64,000 bases of DNA from Verrucomicrobia bacterium UBA6614 (GTDB lineage Bacteria > Verrucomicrobiota > Verrucomicrobiia > Limisphaerales > UBA1100), in the NCBI GenBank assembly GCA_002433235.1, contig DJHS01000047.1:1369-65368 (forward strand), given 5' to 3'. The position numbers and the translations under genes were made by a program. The notes under the pieces are model-generated. The model searched no databases. It was given only the letters and a program-made list of their open reading frames with translations, and had not been told where the DNA came from. Positions 8,817 to 18,236 of this stretch are shown here, piece by piece (the stretch's first letter is position 1; the number at the start of each line of letters is the position of its first letter).

Positions 8817-10082
8817 CTATTTCAGGGGCCAGTTGAAATTCATTCTCCGGCCATTGCGAAGAATGGTGATGGGGAGCGTGTCCCCCGGCTTGTAGTTTTG
8901 CTTAATCCAATAATTAAATTTCCTGTGGTCGAGTCCTCTCACCGGCTTGCCGTTGATGGCGACAATATAGTCGTTCAGGCGCAGGCCGGCGGCTCTTGCG
9001 GCCCGGCCCTCGGGGCTGCTGGTGTTGATCCACTTGACTTTTAATGCACCTTGTCCCGCGGGGAGCTTCAGCCGGGCCAGTTCATTGCCCTTGACCTCCG
9101 GAGTGTAGACCCGCATGCGTGGAGGGAGTGCCCATAGGGAGCCACGCCAGGAGAAATCCGTTTTCTTCCAGTTGGGCTGTGTGCTGATAAGATGAGGTTG
9201 CGTGGCATTGGCCGTTTGCACCCTCAAGGTCTCCTGGCCATTCTTTCGGTTGTGAAGCACCCATTGAATGTCGGCGATGGAGGCAATGGCTTGGCCGTCC
9301 ATATGGGTGATGGCTTGGCCCGGCTTGAGCCCGGCCCGGGCCGCGGGGGAATTGGGTAGGACGCGGGAAATACGCTGGCCATCTTTCGGGTCGATATGCA
9401 GTCCCACATTCTCGGGAAGTGGGTAACGCCATAATTTTTCAGGGGTAAGTTTCTTTTCACGCATCAGTTGCAGGTTCTCAGCATCATGAATGTTGTGGCA
9501 ATGGATGCAATTGTTGCGCTGTGTCAGGAGCCGGTAATTGGCCTTGTTTTCAAGGCCGGGCATTTCCATGGCGGTCTTGTAGGGTTTGGCGGCGCCGCGC
9601 TTGCCCGTCAACTGGGCCTTGTTGCGAGGATAATTGGCATGGAGTGTCAGGACGTGTTGCATGGTCTTGATCAGGCTGTCCACGGAATTGTAGGCATCCG
9701 GCCCGGCACTGGACTGTGTCCCGTAGCGCGCATAGACAGTGCCGTCGGCATTGAGAAACATGGCGGCCCAGTTTAGGTCATAATCGAACTGGAACTGGGT
9801 GAGGTCGACTCCTTTCATTTCCACTTGGCGGACGGAAATGAATTCCTTGCGTGCCAGGTTGGCAACACGGTCGCTGCCCTTGGCCACCTCAGCGTCAAAC
9901 GCGGCACAGGCATGGCAAGGCACGCAGCGGAAGGTGACAAAGAGCGGCTTGCCCGTGCGCTTGGCCTCGGCGAATGCCTTGTGGAGATCATTGTAAATCC
10001 AGAGGGATTGCCCCTTGGCATTGGTGTCGTTTAGGCGGTCGCGCAACGGAGGGGCGGCAAGGACCATCGTGGCGGCGAGCAA
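8817..10082 (-). CDS. periplasmic thioredoxin-like (CVPC) / CxxCH heme motif / tandem PDZ domain protein
   Basis: FVTFRCVPCHAC thioredoxin-fold CxxC near 9920; NNCIHCHN CxxCH near 9486-9520; two PDZ-like segments (GLKPGQAITHMDGQ, GLRLNDYIVAINGK). Confidence 0.7.
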   Translation of the reverse strand: MLAATMVLAAPPLRDRLNDTNAKGQSLWIYNDLHKAFAEAKRTGKPLFVTFRCVPCHACAAFDAEVAKGSDRVANLARKEFISVRQVEMKGVDLTQFQFDYDLNWAAMFLNADGTVYARYGTQSSAGPDAYNSVDSLIKTMQHVLTLHANYPRNKAQLTGKRGAAKPYKTAMEMPGLENKANYRLLTQRNNCIHCHNIHDAENLQLMREKKLTPEKLWRYPLPENVGLHIDPKDGQRISRVLPNSPAARAGLKPGQAITHMDGQAIASIADIQWVLHNRKNGQETLRVQTANATQPHLISTQPNWKKTDFSWRGSLWALPPRMRVYTPEVKGNELARLKLPAGQGALKVKWINTSSPEGRAARAAGLRLNDYIVAINGKPVRGLDHRKFNYWIKQNYKPGDTLPITILRNGRRMNFNWPLK

Positions 10083-10250
10083 CAGGATGGAAAGGAGTGG
10101 CTTGATGGATTAAATCTAGCCCTTTTTGCGTCGTCTTGCAGCAATTTAATTGATCTTTCTTGCGCCGGTAAAATTTTTTGAAAATTATAGTAGCCAACCA
10201 TGGGCGGTTTGCCTAGATTCGTGCCGACCCAATTCATCGCACAGGTGTTT

Positions 10251-10278
10251 CATGTCCCGACCCACATGTCGGGACATG
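10251..10278. promoter_or_regulatory. palindrome (11-bp arms, 6-bp spacer) in divergent promoter region upstream of flotillin operon
   Basis: catgtcccgac-ccacat-gtcgggacatg, followed by AT-rich gtttaaagtttaaactgaaactgaaa ~55 nt upstream of ATG 10335. Confidence 0.3.
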
Positions 10279-10334
10279 GTGTTTAAAGTTTAAACTGAAA
10301 CTGAAATTATTCTTCCAACCAAAGGCTTAAAATC

Positions 10335-12563
10335 ATGATCGAACCCATCCTCGGTATATCTTCTGGAATCATCATCGGCGGGATTGTGTTGGGTGCTCTG
10401 GCTGTTTTTGGGGCCTTTCTGGCCATGTTTTGTCTGCGCAAGGTGAAGGCGGGTGAGGCGGGTGTGCGGACGGGCCTGGGGGGGTTGCAAGTCACCAAGA
10501 GTTACATGTTGCGAATGCCTTTTGTACACCGATGGGACATTATGGATATTCAGGTGAAGAAGCTGGAGGTAGCCCGCAAAGGCAAGGAAGGGTTGATCTG
10601 TCAGGACAATATTCGTGCGGACATTGAGGTAGCATTTTATGTGCGGGTTGATCCTGCCGAGGCAAACATTAAGGAAGTGGCCGAGGCCGTAGGCTGTGAA
10701 AGGGCCTCGGAAATCGAGCTGCTGCGCAGTTTGTTTGAGGCCAAGTTTTCAGATGCACTGAAAGCGGCGGGCAAACAAATGGATTTTGCCGATCTCTATA
10801 CCAAGCGGACGGAGTTCCGAAACATGATCATCAATGAGATCGGTAAGGATTTGAACGGATACAAGTTGGAAGACGTGGCGATTGATTATTTGGAGCAAAC
10901 AGCTCGGGACGACCATGATCCGGAGAACGTCTTGGACGCACAAGGCATTGAGAAGATCAACCGTATCACGGCGCAGATGGAGGAGGACACGAATAAGCGC
11001 ACTCAGCAGAAGGATGTGGAGATCAAGGACCAAAACGTGCGCGCGGAGATGGAGAAGCGTGAGCTGGACAAGCAAAACGAGGAGGACTTGGCTAAGCAAA
11101 CCCGTGCTGTGGAAGAGGCAAAGGCTCGCGAGAATGCCGCCGCCCAGGTGGAAGTGCAAAAGAACCGTGAGGTGTCCGAAAAGGCGGAGATTGAAGCCAA
11201 CCAGAACATCAAGGAACGTGCGGTTGAGGAGGAGCGGGTCGTGATGAGCGCCACCTACGCCAAGGATCAGGATCTGCTCCGGTTGGAACAGGAGAAAATT
11301 GAGTCGGGCGAACAGGCCTCAGTGGAACGGCAAAGGCGGGTTGGATTGCTGGAACAGGACAAGGAGGCCAAGATTATTGAGGCTGCCTTTGGCGTGGCCG
11401 AGAGCAAGGCGGGTCTGGAGTCCAAGGAAAAGGAAGTGACCACCCAGCACCAGCAGCGACTGGATGTGGAGGCGGATATGGAGGCCGATCGCGCCAAGCG
11501 AGTCTTGATGGTCAAGGCCACCGCGCAGGCGGAAGCGGCCATGGTGGAAGAAGTGAAACAGGCTGAAGCCAAGCACCAGGCTCAGAAGGAAATTGCGGAC
11601 AAGGATTTGTATCTGCAGGTGCAAGCGGCGGAAGCATCACGTCAATCCGCGGAAAAGAAGGCGGACGAAGTATTAACCATATCCGAGGCCGAGGCGAAGG
11701 CGAGTGAGAAGCGCAACCACGCCATGCAACAGGAAGCGGAGGGCAACGCTGCCTTGAAGAGCGCGGATGGGCTGGCAGAGGCCAAGGTGATTGCGGCCAA
11801 GGCCGAGGCCAAGAAGGTGGATGCTGAAGCCGAGGAGGCTCAGGGATTGGCCGAGGCCACGGTGATTGCCAAGCAGGGCGAGGCTTCTGGCTTGGCCAAG
11901 GCTGCCGAGGGCGAAGGCGAGGCGAAGGCGGTCTCCGCCAAGGGAACCGCGGAAGCCTCGGCTCTTGAGGCGCTGCGGCTGGCCGAGGCGGAAGGCACTG
12001 AGAAGCAGGGCTTGGCCGAGGCGCTGTCCAAGACCGAGATGGCCAAGGCGATTGAGTTGTTCAACAAGGCCTCGCAGGATCACGAGGAATTCCGCCTGCA
12101 ACTGGACAAGGACAAGGCGGTGGATCTCGCAGGTATCAATGTACAGAAAGATATCGCGGAGGCGCAGGCGCGCGTGGTGGGGGAGGCACTCAAGAGCGCG
12201 AATATCGACATTGTGGGTGGCGAGAACGACTTCTTCGAGAAGGTTGTACGCTCGGTTTCCCACGGTAAATCCGTTGACCGGTTGGTGAACAACAGCCAGA
12301 CGATCACGGACGTGAAGAACACCTTTTTCAATGGCGACCCGGATTACTTCAAGACGCAATTGCGCGGTTGGATCAAGGATTTGGGTGTTTCCAGTGAGGA
12401 CGTGAAGAATCTCACCATCTCGGCATTGCTCACCAAGTTAATCAGTCAGGCTGATGACAGTGGCCTGAAGTCGGTGATCCGGCAGGCGCAAAGCGCGGCG
12501 AAGGAAGCCGGTCTGTCCGATGTGGTTTCCAGTGTGTTGCTGGACGACAAGGCGGGAAAATAA
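10335..12563 (+). CDS. flotillin-like SPFH/Band-7 domain protein (YqiK/FloA family), N-terminal membrane anchor, long Glu/Ala/Lys-rich coiled coil
   Basis: TM helix MIEPILGISSGIIIGGIVLGALAVFGAFLAMF; SPFH core ~10440-11000; EA-rich repeats (AEAKA/AEAEG) characteristic of flotillins; 742 aa. Confidence 0.85.
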   Translation: MIEPILGISSGIIIGGIVLGALAVFGAFLAMFCLRKVKAGEAGVRTGLGGLQVTKSYMLRMPFVHRWDIMDIQVKKLEVARKGKEGLICQDNIRADIEVAFYVRVDPAEANIKEVAEAVGCERASEIELLRSLFEAKFSDALKAAGKQMDFADLYTKRTEFRNMIINEIGKDLNGYKLEDVAIDYLEQTARDDHDPENVLDAQGIEKINRITAQMEEDTNKRTQQKDVEIKDQNVRAEMEKRELDKQNEEDLAKQTRAVEEAKARENAAAQVEVQKNREVSEKAEIEANQNIKERAVEEERVVMSATYAKDQDLLRLEQEKIESGEQASVERQRRVGLLEQDKEAKIIEAAFGVAESKAGLESKEKEVTTQHQQRLDVEADMEADRAKRVLMVKATAQAEAAMVEEVKQAEAKHQAQKEIADKDLYLQVQAAEASRQSAEKKADEVLTISEAEAKASEKRNHAMQQEAEGNAALKSADGLAEAKVIAAKAEAKKVDAEAEEAQGLAEATVIAKQGEASGLAKAAEGEGEAKAVSAKGTAEASALEALRLAEAEGTEKQGLAEALSKTEMAKAIELFNKASQDHEEFRLQLDKDKAVDLAGINVQKDIAEAQARVVGEALKSANIDIVGGENDFFEKVVRSVSHGKSVDRLVNNSQTITDVKNTFFNGDPDYFKTQLRGWIKDLGVSSEDVKNLTISALLTKLISQADDSGLKSVIRQAQSAAKEAGLSDVVSSVLLDDKAGK

Positions 12564-12605
12564 TGTAGCAGCCCGGCTTGAGTTGGCCGGGTGGGTGCTT
12601 GAACC

Positions 12606-15600
12606 ATGGCGGAATCTCCGGACAGTGGCACTCCCGCGGAAGGCGCCCCGGCGGCGCTGGAAGGCGGGGCGTATGACCTGATCAAGCAGCGGTTGAGCGA
12701 TCAGGGCGGCCAGTTGCGGGCCAAGCTCGGGGCGCTGGATGAGCGTCGGGCGCTGGTGTTTGGATCACGCAAGCTGGAGCTGAAGAAGATGGACCGTGTG
12801 TCCACTCAGCTGAGTTGTGAGCCGCGGGACATGATCCAGTTGGGGAACAACCGGTTCCTTTTTGGCTTCAATGTTCAGCTTGGGCTGAAGCAGGGTCAGT
12901 TGGGGGATGTTTTCGCCATCTATAATTACGACGAGGCTGAGCAATCTTTCACTGAGGCTGACTTGGAGGATTTGCGCGATGAGCAGTTTGAGGAATCCTT
13001 TGCCCGACTTTTCCAGATTAACCAGGCGGCTACTTTTCATCGATTTGCCATCATCGGGACACACTTGTACATGGTGTTTCGGACGGGAACCAAGGTGGAT
13101 GATGTCACAGTATTCAAGTGGCTTTGCAAGGATGGTGCTCTAAGTTATGAGGATGATCGCAGCACGCCAGAATATTTGGCACAGGCATTCCCGAGCCAAT
13201 ACAATTTCCAATGGCACACCCCGGCGCGCAACGCCATTCGTCATGGGGATAATCCGCATGTGTCAATCGAGGAGCGGCTGTTTGTGGAATGCGTGGGAGG
13301 GGATCTGACGATCAAGGTCGAGGACAATACCAGTACGGGCGAGGGGATTTATGCTGAGGAAGTGGAGGACCGTAACCAGAAGGTTGATGACGCGGAGATT
13401 CAATATGCCATTCAAGGATCACTGATCCTGTTGAAGGTGACGCCCTATCGCGAGAAGGAAAGCCGGTATTTCATTTTCAATGAGAAACTGCAGGCAGTGC
13501 ACCGGGTGGATTCCATTGGTCAGGCTTGTGTAATGTTGCCGGAGGAGCACGGATTGATGTTCCCGGACGGCTATTATCTGCAAACCGGCGAGTTGAAGCG
13601 TTATGAGAGTGAAATGGGTGAGATGGTGCTGGAGCGCACGGTGACGTCGCCCAACGGTGAGGATTACCTGTATGTTTTCTTCAATCGCATGAGTGGCTTG
13701 TATGCGCTGATGCCCTATCGGTTGATTGAGCAGGAGGTTTCCGAACGGATTGCGTGTAACGGGTTTTCACTTTTCCCAAACGGCGATATTGTGAGTTTTC
13801 GGGCGGAGGAAGAGGCTATCAAGCATCACATGATGCAGCTCCGGCAGTCGCCTTTCTACCAGCCGGGATTTGAGCCGGAGAGCGGGGAGCGGGAATCGTT
13901 CCTGTTCCAGGTGGGCAACAAGGCGGTGGTCAAGGCAATGGCGGAATGCAATGAAGTGTTGATTCTCATCCGGAAGGAATCGCCGTACGCGGACCTGTAC
14001 GCCGATATGGCTTCCAAGGCGCAAGCCATTCCGGATAATTATTCATGGCTGAATTCTGAAGAAGCTCAGGGGGTCAGTGAGATTTTAAGGGAGATTGCCG
14101 GCACGGCCGAAAAGGCGGTGGCGGAATTTGACAAGGTAAGGCGGCTGCGGCTGGAGGCAAGAGAGCGCTCAGGCGATATTGCCGCGCGCGCAAAGACGCT
14201 CTTCGGTCAAGTGGGCCGCGCGGATTTCCGGTCGGTGGACGACTTTGTGGCCAACCTCGGTGGGCTGCGGCGGATGCGTGGCGAGATCATCACGCTGCGC
14301 GATGAGGTACGCTTCATCGACAAGGCGGCGATGGAGGCGCTGGAAACTCAGGTGAAGGAGCAGGTGGACGAGCTTTCGCAGAAATGTGTGGAATTTCTGC
14401 TGCAGCCGGAATCGTTGAATCCATACCGCGAACGCGCGGAGGAACAACGCGGGCGTGTGGATGGCGTGACCACGGTGGTGCAGGGCAAGGAGCTGGAAGA
14501 GGAAATCACCACGGCCGGTTCAGATCTGGAGATGTTGATCGATATCGTGCGCAGTTTGCAGATCGACGACACCACGGAGCAGACGCGCATTGTGGAGGCG
14601 ATCACGGCGATTTATCAGGTGGTCAACCAAGTAAAGGAGGCGCTCAAGAATAAGATGCGCACCCTGATGACCGCCGAGGGCGCGGCACAGTTCAATGCGC
14701 AGATTTTGCTGTTGAGCCAAACGGCGACGAATTATCTGGATATGTCCAACTCGCCGGAGAAATGCGACGAGTACTTCAACAATATTCTCAATCAGCTGGA
14801 GGATCTGGGCGGCGACTTTGCGGATTTCCCGGAATACATCGAGCAGTTGGACGAGAAACGCGGCGAGCTGGAGACGGCCTTCGAGCAGAAACGACTGCAA
14901 CTGGAAGAGGCGCGCAACCGCAAGGCCACGGCGCTGGCGTCCTCTGCCGAGCGCATGCTTAAGAGCATTGAGCACAAGCTGGGCACGTTCGAGGATGTTA
15001 ATGACATCAATGGCTACATGGCCGGGGACCGGATGATTGATTCGATCCGTGAGCGGGTGGAGGAACTGCAGGCGCTCGACAAGGTCGGCGAGGCGGAAGG
15101 CATCCTGAGCCAACTCAAGAGCGTGCACGAGGAGGCGGTACGGCAGATTAAGGACAAACAGGAACTTTACGTCGATGGCCAGAACGTGATCCAATTCGGC
15201 AAACACAAGTTCGCCGTTAATGCCCAGCCGCTGGACCTGACTATGGTGCGCCGCGGCGAGGATCAAAGCCTTCACCTTACCGGTACTCAATACTTTGACG
15301 AGGTGGCCGATGAAGCGTTCTTGGCCACGCGTGAGGTGTGGAACCAGACGGTTGTGTCCGAGGACAATGAGGTTTACCGCGCCGAGTATCTCGCGTTCCT
15401 GCTGTGGCAGAAGCTGGAACAGGAGGGCATCGATCGCATGACTGCGGTGGCAGCCATGAGTGACGAGGACCGTTTACAGGTGGTTCAAGATTTCATGGGC
15501 GATCGGTACTCAGAGGCGTACACGAAGGGAATTCATGATCAGGATGCCGAGAAGATTCTGGCCGCACTGCTCAGTACACAATCGGCGCTGCAATTGGCAC

Positions 15601-18224
15601 GTTATTACCCTCGCGCGCGCGCCTGTGCCGCTGTCTTCTGGCACAAGTTTTGCGAGGCTGACATACAAAAGCTGATGTTGGCCCGGCTGGAAGGGTTTGC
15701 CGCGCGCAATGAGGCGTTTCCCGGTGATCCCACGCAGGCCGATTATGTGGCTGAGTTACGCGCGATGGTGGCGGCATTTATTGAAGAGACGGGTTTATTC
15801 CCAACGGCTGATGCCGATCCCGCGGGTGAGTACCTGTTCTACGAGCACACCAATGGTCGGGACTGGGTGGTGAGCCAGGAGGCGGACAGCCTGCTCACGG
15901 AATTTGAACATCACCTCATCAAGTCCGGTAATGAGTCGGAATTTGTCAAGGCGCAGAAACCGTTGCAAAAAGATCCACACAGTCATTACCAGCTTGTTCG
16001 CGACTGGGTGCGTGGCTTTCTGTTGGATCGCAATGGGGCCAACAAATACCTAGAAGAAGTTTCCGCGCTCATCTTCTGTGGGCACCACCACAGACAGGCG
16101 GTGGTCAAGGCCGCCACTGGACAGGTGCTCAAAGGCATCCAGGGTGCGCACGATGCGGTGCAGGAGGGTGGGCAGTACGAATTTGATTATTTGTCTTTCC
16201 AGGAAAAACTGGGGCGGTTTGTGCGTGAATCCGTACCGCGCTTTGAGGCGTATCAGGAGCTGAAGCAGAAGATTATTGAGGAGGAGAAGGAGGCTTTGCG
16301 CCTGCATGAGTTTGAGCCGCGCGTGTTGTCCTCCTTTGTACGGAACCAGTTGGTGGATGAAGTGTACTTGCCGATCGTTGGCGATAACCTCGCCAAGCAA
16401 ATCGGTGCTGCGGGCGATGCCAAGCGCACAGATCTCATGGGTCTACTGCTGCTCATCTCGCCTCCCGGGTATGGTAAAACCACCTTGATGGAATATCTCG
16501 CCAACCGCATGGGCCTGATTTTCATGAAGATCAACGGCCCGGCGCTCGGCCACGAGGTGACCTCGCTCGATCCCGAGGAGGCACCCAATGCCGGTGCGCG
16601 TGAGGAAGTGAAGAAGCTCAATCTTGCGCTGGAGATGGGCGACAACGTGATGATCTACGTGGACGACATCCAGCACTGTCACCCCGAGTTTCTGCAGAAG
16701 TTTATTTCGCTTTGTGACGCCCAGCGGAAGATTGAGGGCGTGTGGCGCGGCCAGCCGAAGACCTACGACATGCGCGGCCGGCGCGTAGTGGTGGTGATGG
16801 CCGGTAACCCCTACACCGAGAGCGGTGAGAAATTTCGCATTCCGGACATGCTTGCCAACCGTGCCGACACTTACAATCTTGGTGACGACATGAAGGGCAG
16901 AGAGGTCGCCTTCTCCGGTAGTTACATCGAGAACGCCATCACCTCCAATCCCGTGCTGCAACCACTGGCCAAGGCCGCGCAGAAGGATATTCAAGCCTTT
17001 ATTCGCATGGCCGAGACCGACCAGCGCGAAGGCATCGAGTTGCAGGGCAATTTCTCCGCCAACGAACAGGAGGAATTGATCAATGTGATCAAGAAATTGA
17101 TCACGCTGCGCGATGTGGTTCTCAAGGTGAACCAGCTCTATATTGAGAGCGCCGGTCAGGCCGATGAATTCCGCACCGAACCCGCTTTCAAAATGCAGGG
17201 TTCCTACCGGAACATGAACCGCCTTGCGGAAAAGGTCCTGCCGATGATGAACGAGCAGGAGCTGATGGATCTCGTGCTCGACCACTACAAGGGCGAGAGT
17301 CAGACCCTGACTACAGGTGCCGAGGCGAATTTTCTGAAGTTTAAGCAGCTCATCGGCGTGATGACTGACGAGGAAGCTGAGCGCTGGGAGGAAATCAAAC
17401 GCACCTTCGGCCGCAACCAATACCTCCAGGGCGGCGACCAAAACGATCCCGTCAGTCGCGTCGTCAGCCAGCTTTCACTGTTCAGTGGTGGCCTGGAAAA
17501 TATTCAGGACACTTTAAAAGAGGAGTTTTCCAAGGCTCGTTCAACCAACGTGGAATTAGGCGGGATGAGTGAGAGTATTGACTCACTTCGCGAAACGGTG
17601 TCTGAACACCTGAAGCAACAGTCCGAGGCGTCCAGGGAGAATCCTGAGCTGAGCGGGGTGAACGAGAATTTGACGGCCCTGCGGGCGTCGCTTGAAAACT
17701 ATCTGACAAGGGAATCGCAGGGAACTGCGCAATCCGAGGCGGGTGAAACCCCGGCTAAGCCGGTAGCTCCACAGTTCTCCGCCATTAATGAGAATCTGGG
17801 TGCCCTCCGTTCGGCGGTGGAGGCGTATTTGTCACGAAGTGAAGAGTCGACGCAATCCGTGGCCGGCAGCGAAACCGCCCAGTACCTCCAAACCTTGGCG
17901 GCCCACATGAACGAGGGGCTGGCAGCAATTCGCACGGACATGGCGGAGGCCATGAAACAAATGCAGTCCAGCCAGATTTCGCAGCAGGTGTCAGCCATGC
18001 AGGATAGTATCGTGGGACTTCGAGACGTGCTGGCGCAGAACCGGGAACGCCTCAAGCAGGTTCAAGGCAGGCTGAAGGAGGCGGAGCCCGAGGTGGTGAT
18101 GGAGTTTAGCGAGGAAATGATCGACAATAATGAGGCACTCCTTCGCGCCATCTCTCAACAGATTGAGCAACTCCGGGAAGAAGGAGAAGGGGATTCACCG
18201 GGCAAGCCCGAATCTTCACAATAG
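12606..18224 (+). CDS. giant (1872 aa) cytoplasmic protein with one MoxR/AAA_5-type AAA+ ATPase module and long coiled-coil regions; function unknown
   Basis: Walker A LLISPPGYGKTTLMEYL (nt ~16455-16500), Walker B MIYVDDIQHC, then HPEFLQKFISLCDAQRKIEGVW and VVVVMAGNPYTE...DMLANRADTYNL mirroring MoxR/midasin-type DEINRA..Q..LLEAM.E..V.I.G / ATQNP.E...LDRF; 42-nt gap to flotillin stop; coiled-coil tandem repeats NENLxALRxxxExYL near C-terminus. Confidence 0.8.
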   Translation: MAESPDSGTPAEGAPAALEGGAYDLIKQRLSDQGGQLRAKLGALDERRALVFGSRKLELKKMDRVSTQLSCEPRDMIQLGNNRFLFGFNVQLGLKQGQLGDVFAIYNYDEAEQSFTEADLEDLRDEQFEESFARLFQINQAATFHRFAIIGTHLYMVFRTGTKVDDVTVFKWLCKDGALSYEDDRSTPEYLAQAFPSQYNFQWHTPARNAIRHGDNPHVSIEERLFVECVGGDLTIKVEDNTSTGEGIYAEEVEDRNQKVDDAEIQYAIQGSLILLKVTPYREKESRYFIFNEKLQAVHRVDSIGQACVMLPEEHGLMFPDGYYLQTGELKRYESEMGEMVLERTVTSPNGEDYLYVFFNRMSGLYALMPYRLIEQEVSERIACNGFSLFPNGDIVSFRAEEEAIKHHMMQLRQSPFYQPGFEPESGERESFLFQVGNKAVVKAMAECNEVLILIRKESPYADLYADMASKAQAIPDNYSWLNSEEAQGVSEILREIAGTAEKAVAEFDKVRRLRLEARERSGDIAARAKTLFGQVGRADFRSVDDFVANLGGLRRMRGEIITLRDEVRFIDKAAMEALETQVKEQVDELSQKCVEFLLQPESLNPYRERAEEQRGRVDGVTTVVQGKELEEEITTAGSDLEMLIDIVRSLQIDDTTEQTRIVEAITAIYQVVNQVKEALKNKMRTLMTAEGAAQFNAQILLLSQTATNYLDMSNSPEKCDEYFNNILNQLEDLGGDFADFPEYIEQLDEKRGELETAFEQKRLQLEEARNRKATALASSAERMLKSIEHKLGTFEDVNDINGYMAGDRMIDSIRERVEELQALDKVGEAEGILSQLKSVHEEAVRQIKDKQELYVDGQNVIQFGKHKFAVNAQPLDLTMVRRGEDQSLHLTGTQYFDEVADEAFLATREVWNQTVVSEDNEVYRAEYLAFLLWQKLEQEGIDRMTAVAAMSDEDRLQVVQDFMGDRYSEAYTKGIHDQDAEKILAALLSTQSALQLARYYPRARACAAVFWHKFCEADIQKLMLARLEGFAARNEAFPGDPTQADYVAELRAMVAAFIEETGLFPTADADPAGEYLFYEHTNGRDWVVSQEADSLLTEFEHHLIKSGNESEFVKAQKPLQKDPHSHYQLVRDWVRGFLLDRNGANKYLEEVSALIFCGHHHRQAVVKAATGQVLKGIQGAHDAVQEGGQYEFDYLSFQEKLGRFVRESVPRFEAYQELKQKIIEEEKEALRLHEFEPRVLSSFVRNQLVDEVYLPIVGDNLAKQIGAAGDAKRTDLMGLLLLISPPGYGKTTLMEYLANRMGLIFMKINGPALGHEVTSLDPEEAPNAGAREEVKKLNLALEMGDNVMIYVDDIQHCHPEFLQKFISLCDAQRKIEGVWRGQPKTYDMRGRRVVVVMAGNPYTESGEKFRIPDMLANRADTYNLGDDMKGREVAFSGSYIENAITSNPVLQPLAKAAQKDIQAFIRMAETDQREGIELQGNFSANEQEELINVIKKLITLRDVVLKVNQLYIESAGQADEFRTEPAFKMQGSYRNMNRLAEKVLPMMNEQELMDLVLDHYKGESQTLTTGAEANFLKFKQLIGVMTDEEAERWEEIKRTFGRNQYLQGGDQNDPVSRVVSQLSLFSGGLENIQDTLKEEFSKARSTNVELGGMSESIDSLRETVSEHLKQQSEASRENPELSGVNENLTALRASLENYLTRESQGTAQSEAGETPAKPVAPQFSAINENLGALRSAVEAYLSRSEESTQSVAGSETAQYLQTLAAHMNEGLAAIRTDMAEAMKQMQSSQISQQVSAMQDSIVGLRDVLAQNRERLKQVQGRLKEAEPEVVMEFSEEMIDNNEALLRAISQQIEQLREEGEGDSPGKPESSQ

Positions 18225-18236
18225 AATCTGATGGGA

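Noticed and set aside
10080-10141. One-nucleotide inconsistencies between the printed sequence and the ORF-track translations at line boundaries (extra c at 10080/10081, missing a at 10140/10141; missing a at 23700/23701)
   Set aside because: The net offset is zero and both cases sit at line boundaries, so they are treated as display artefacts, not biological frameshifts. ORF-track coordinates were used and hand-derived coordinates should be read as +/-1-2 nt.
12606-18224. Giant protein as a Druantia DruE-like or Snf2/Zorya-type helicase
   Set aside because: No helicase motifs (no DExH, no motif III/VI) were found. The only nucleotide-binding module is a MoxR-type AAA.
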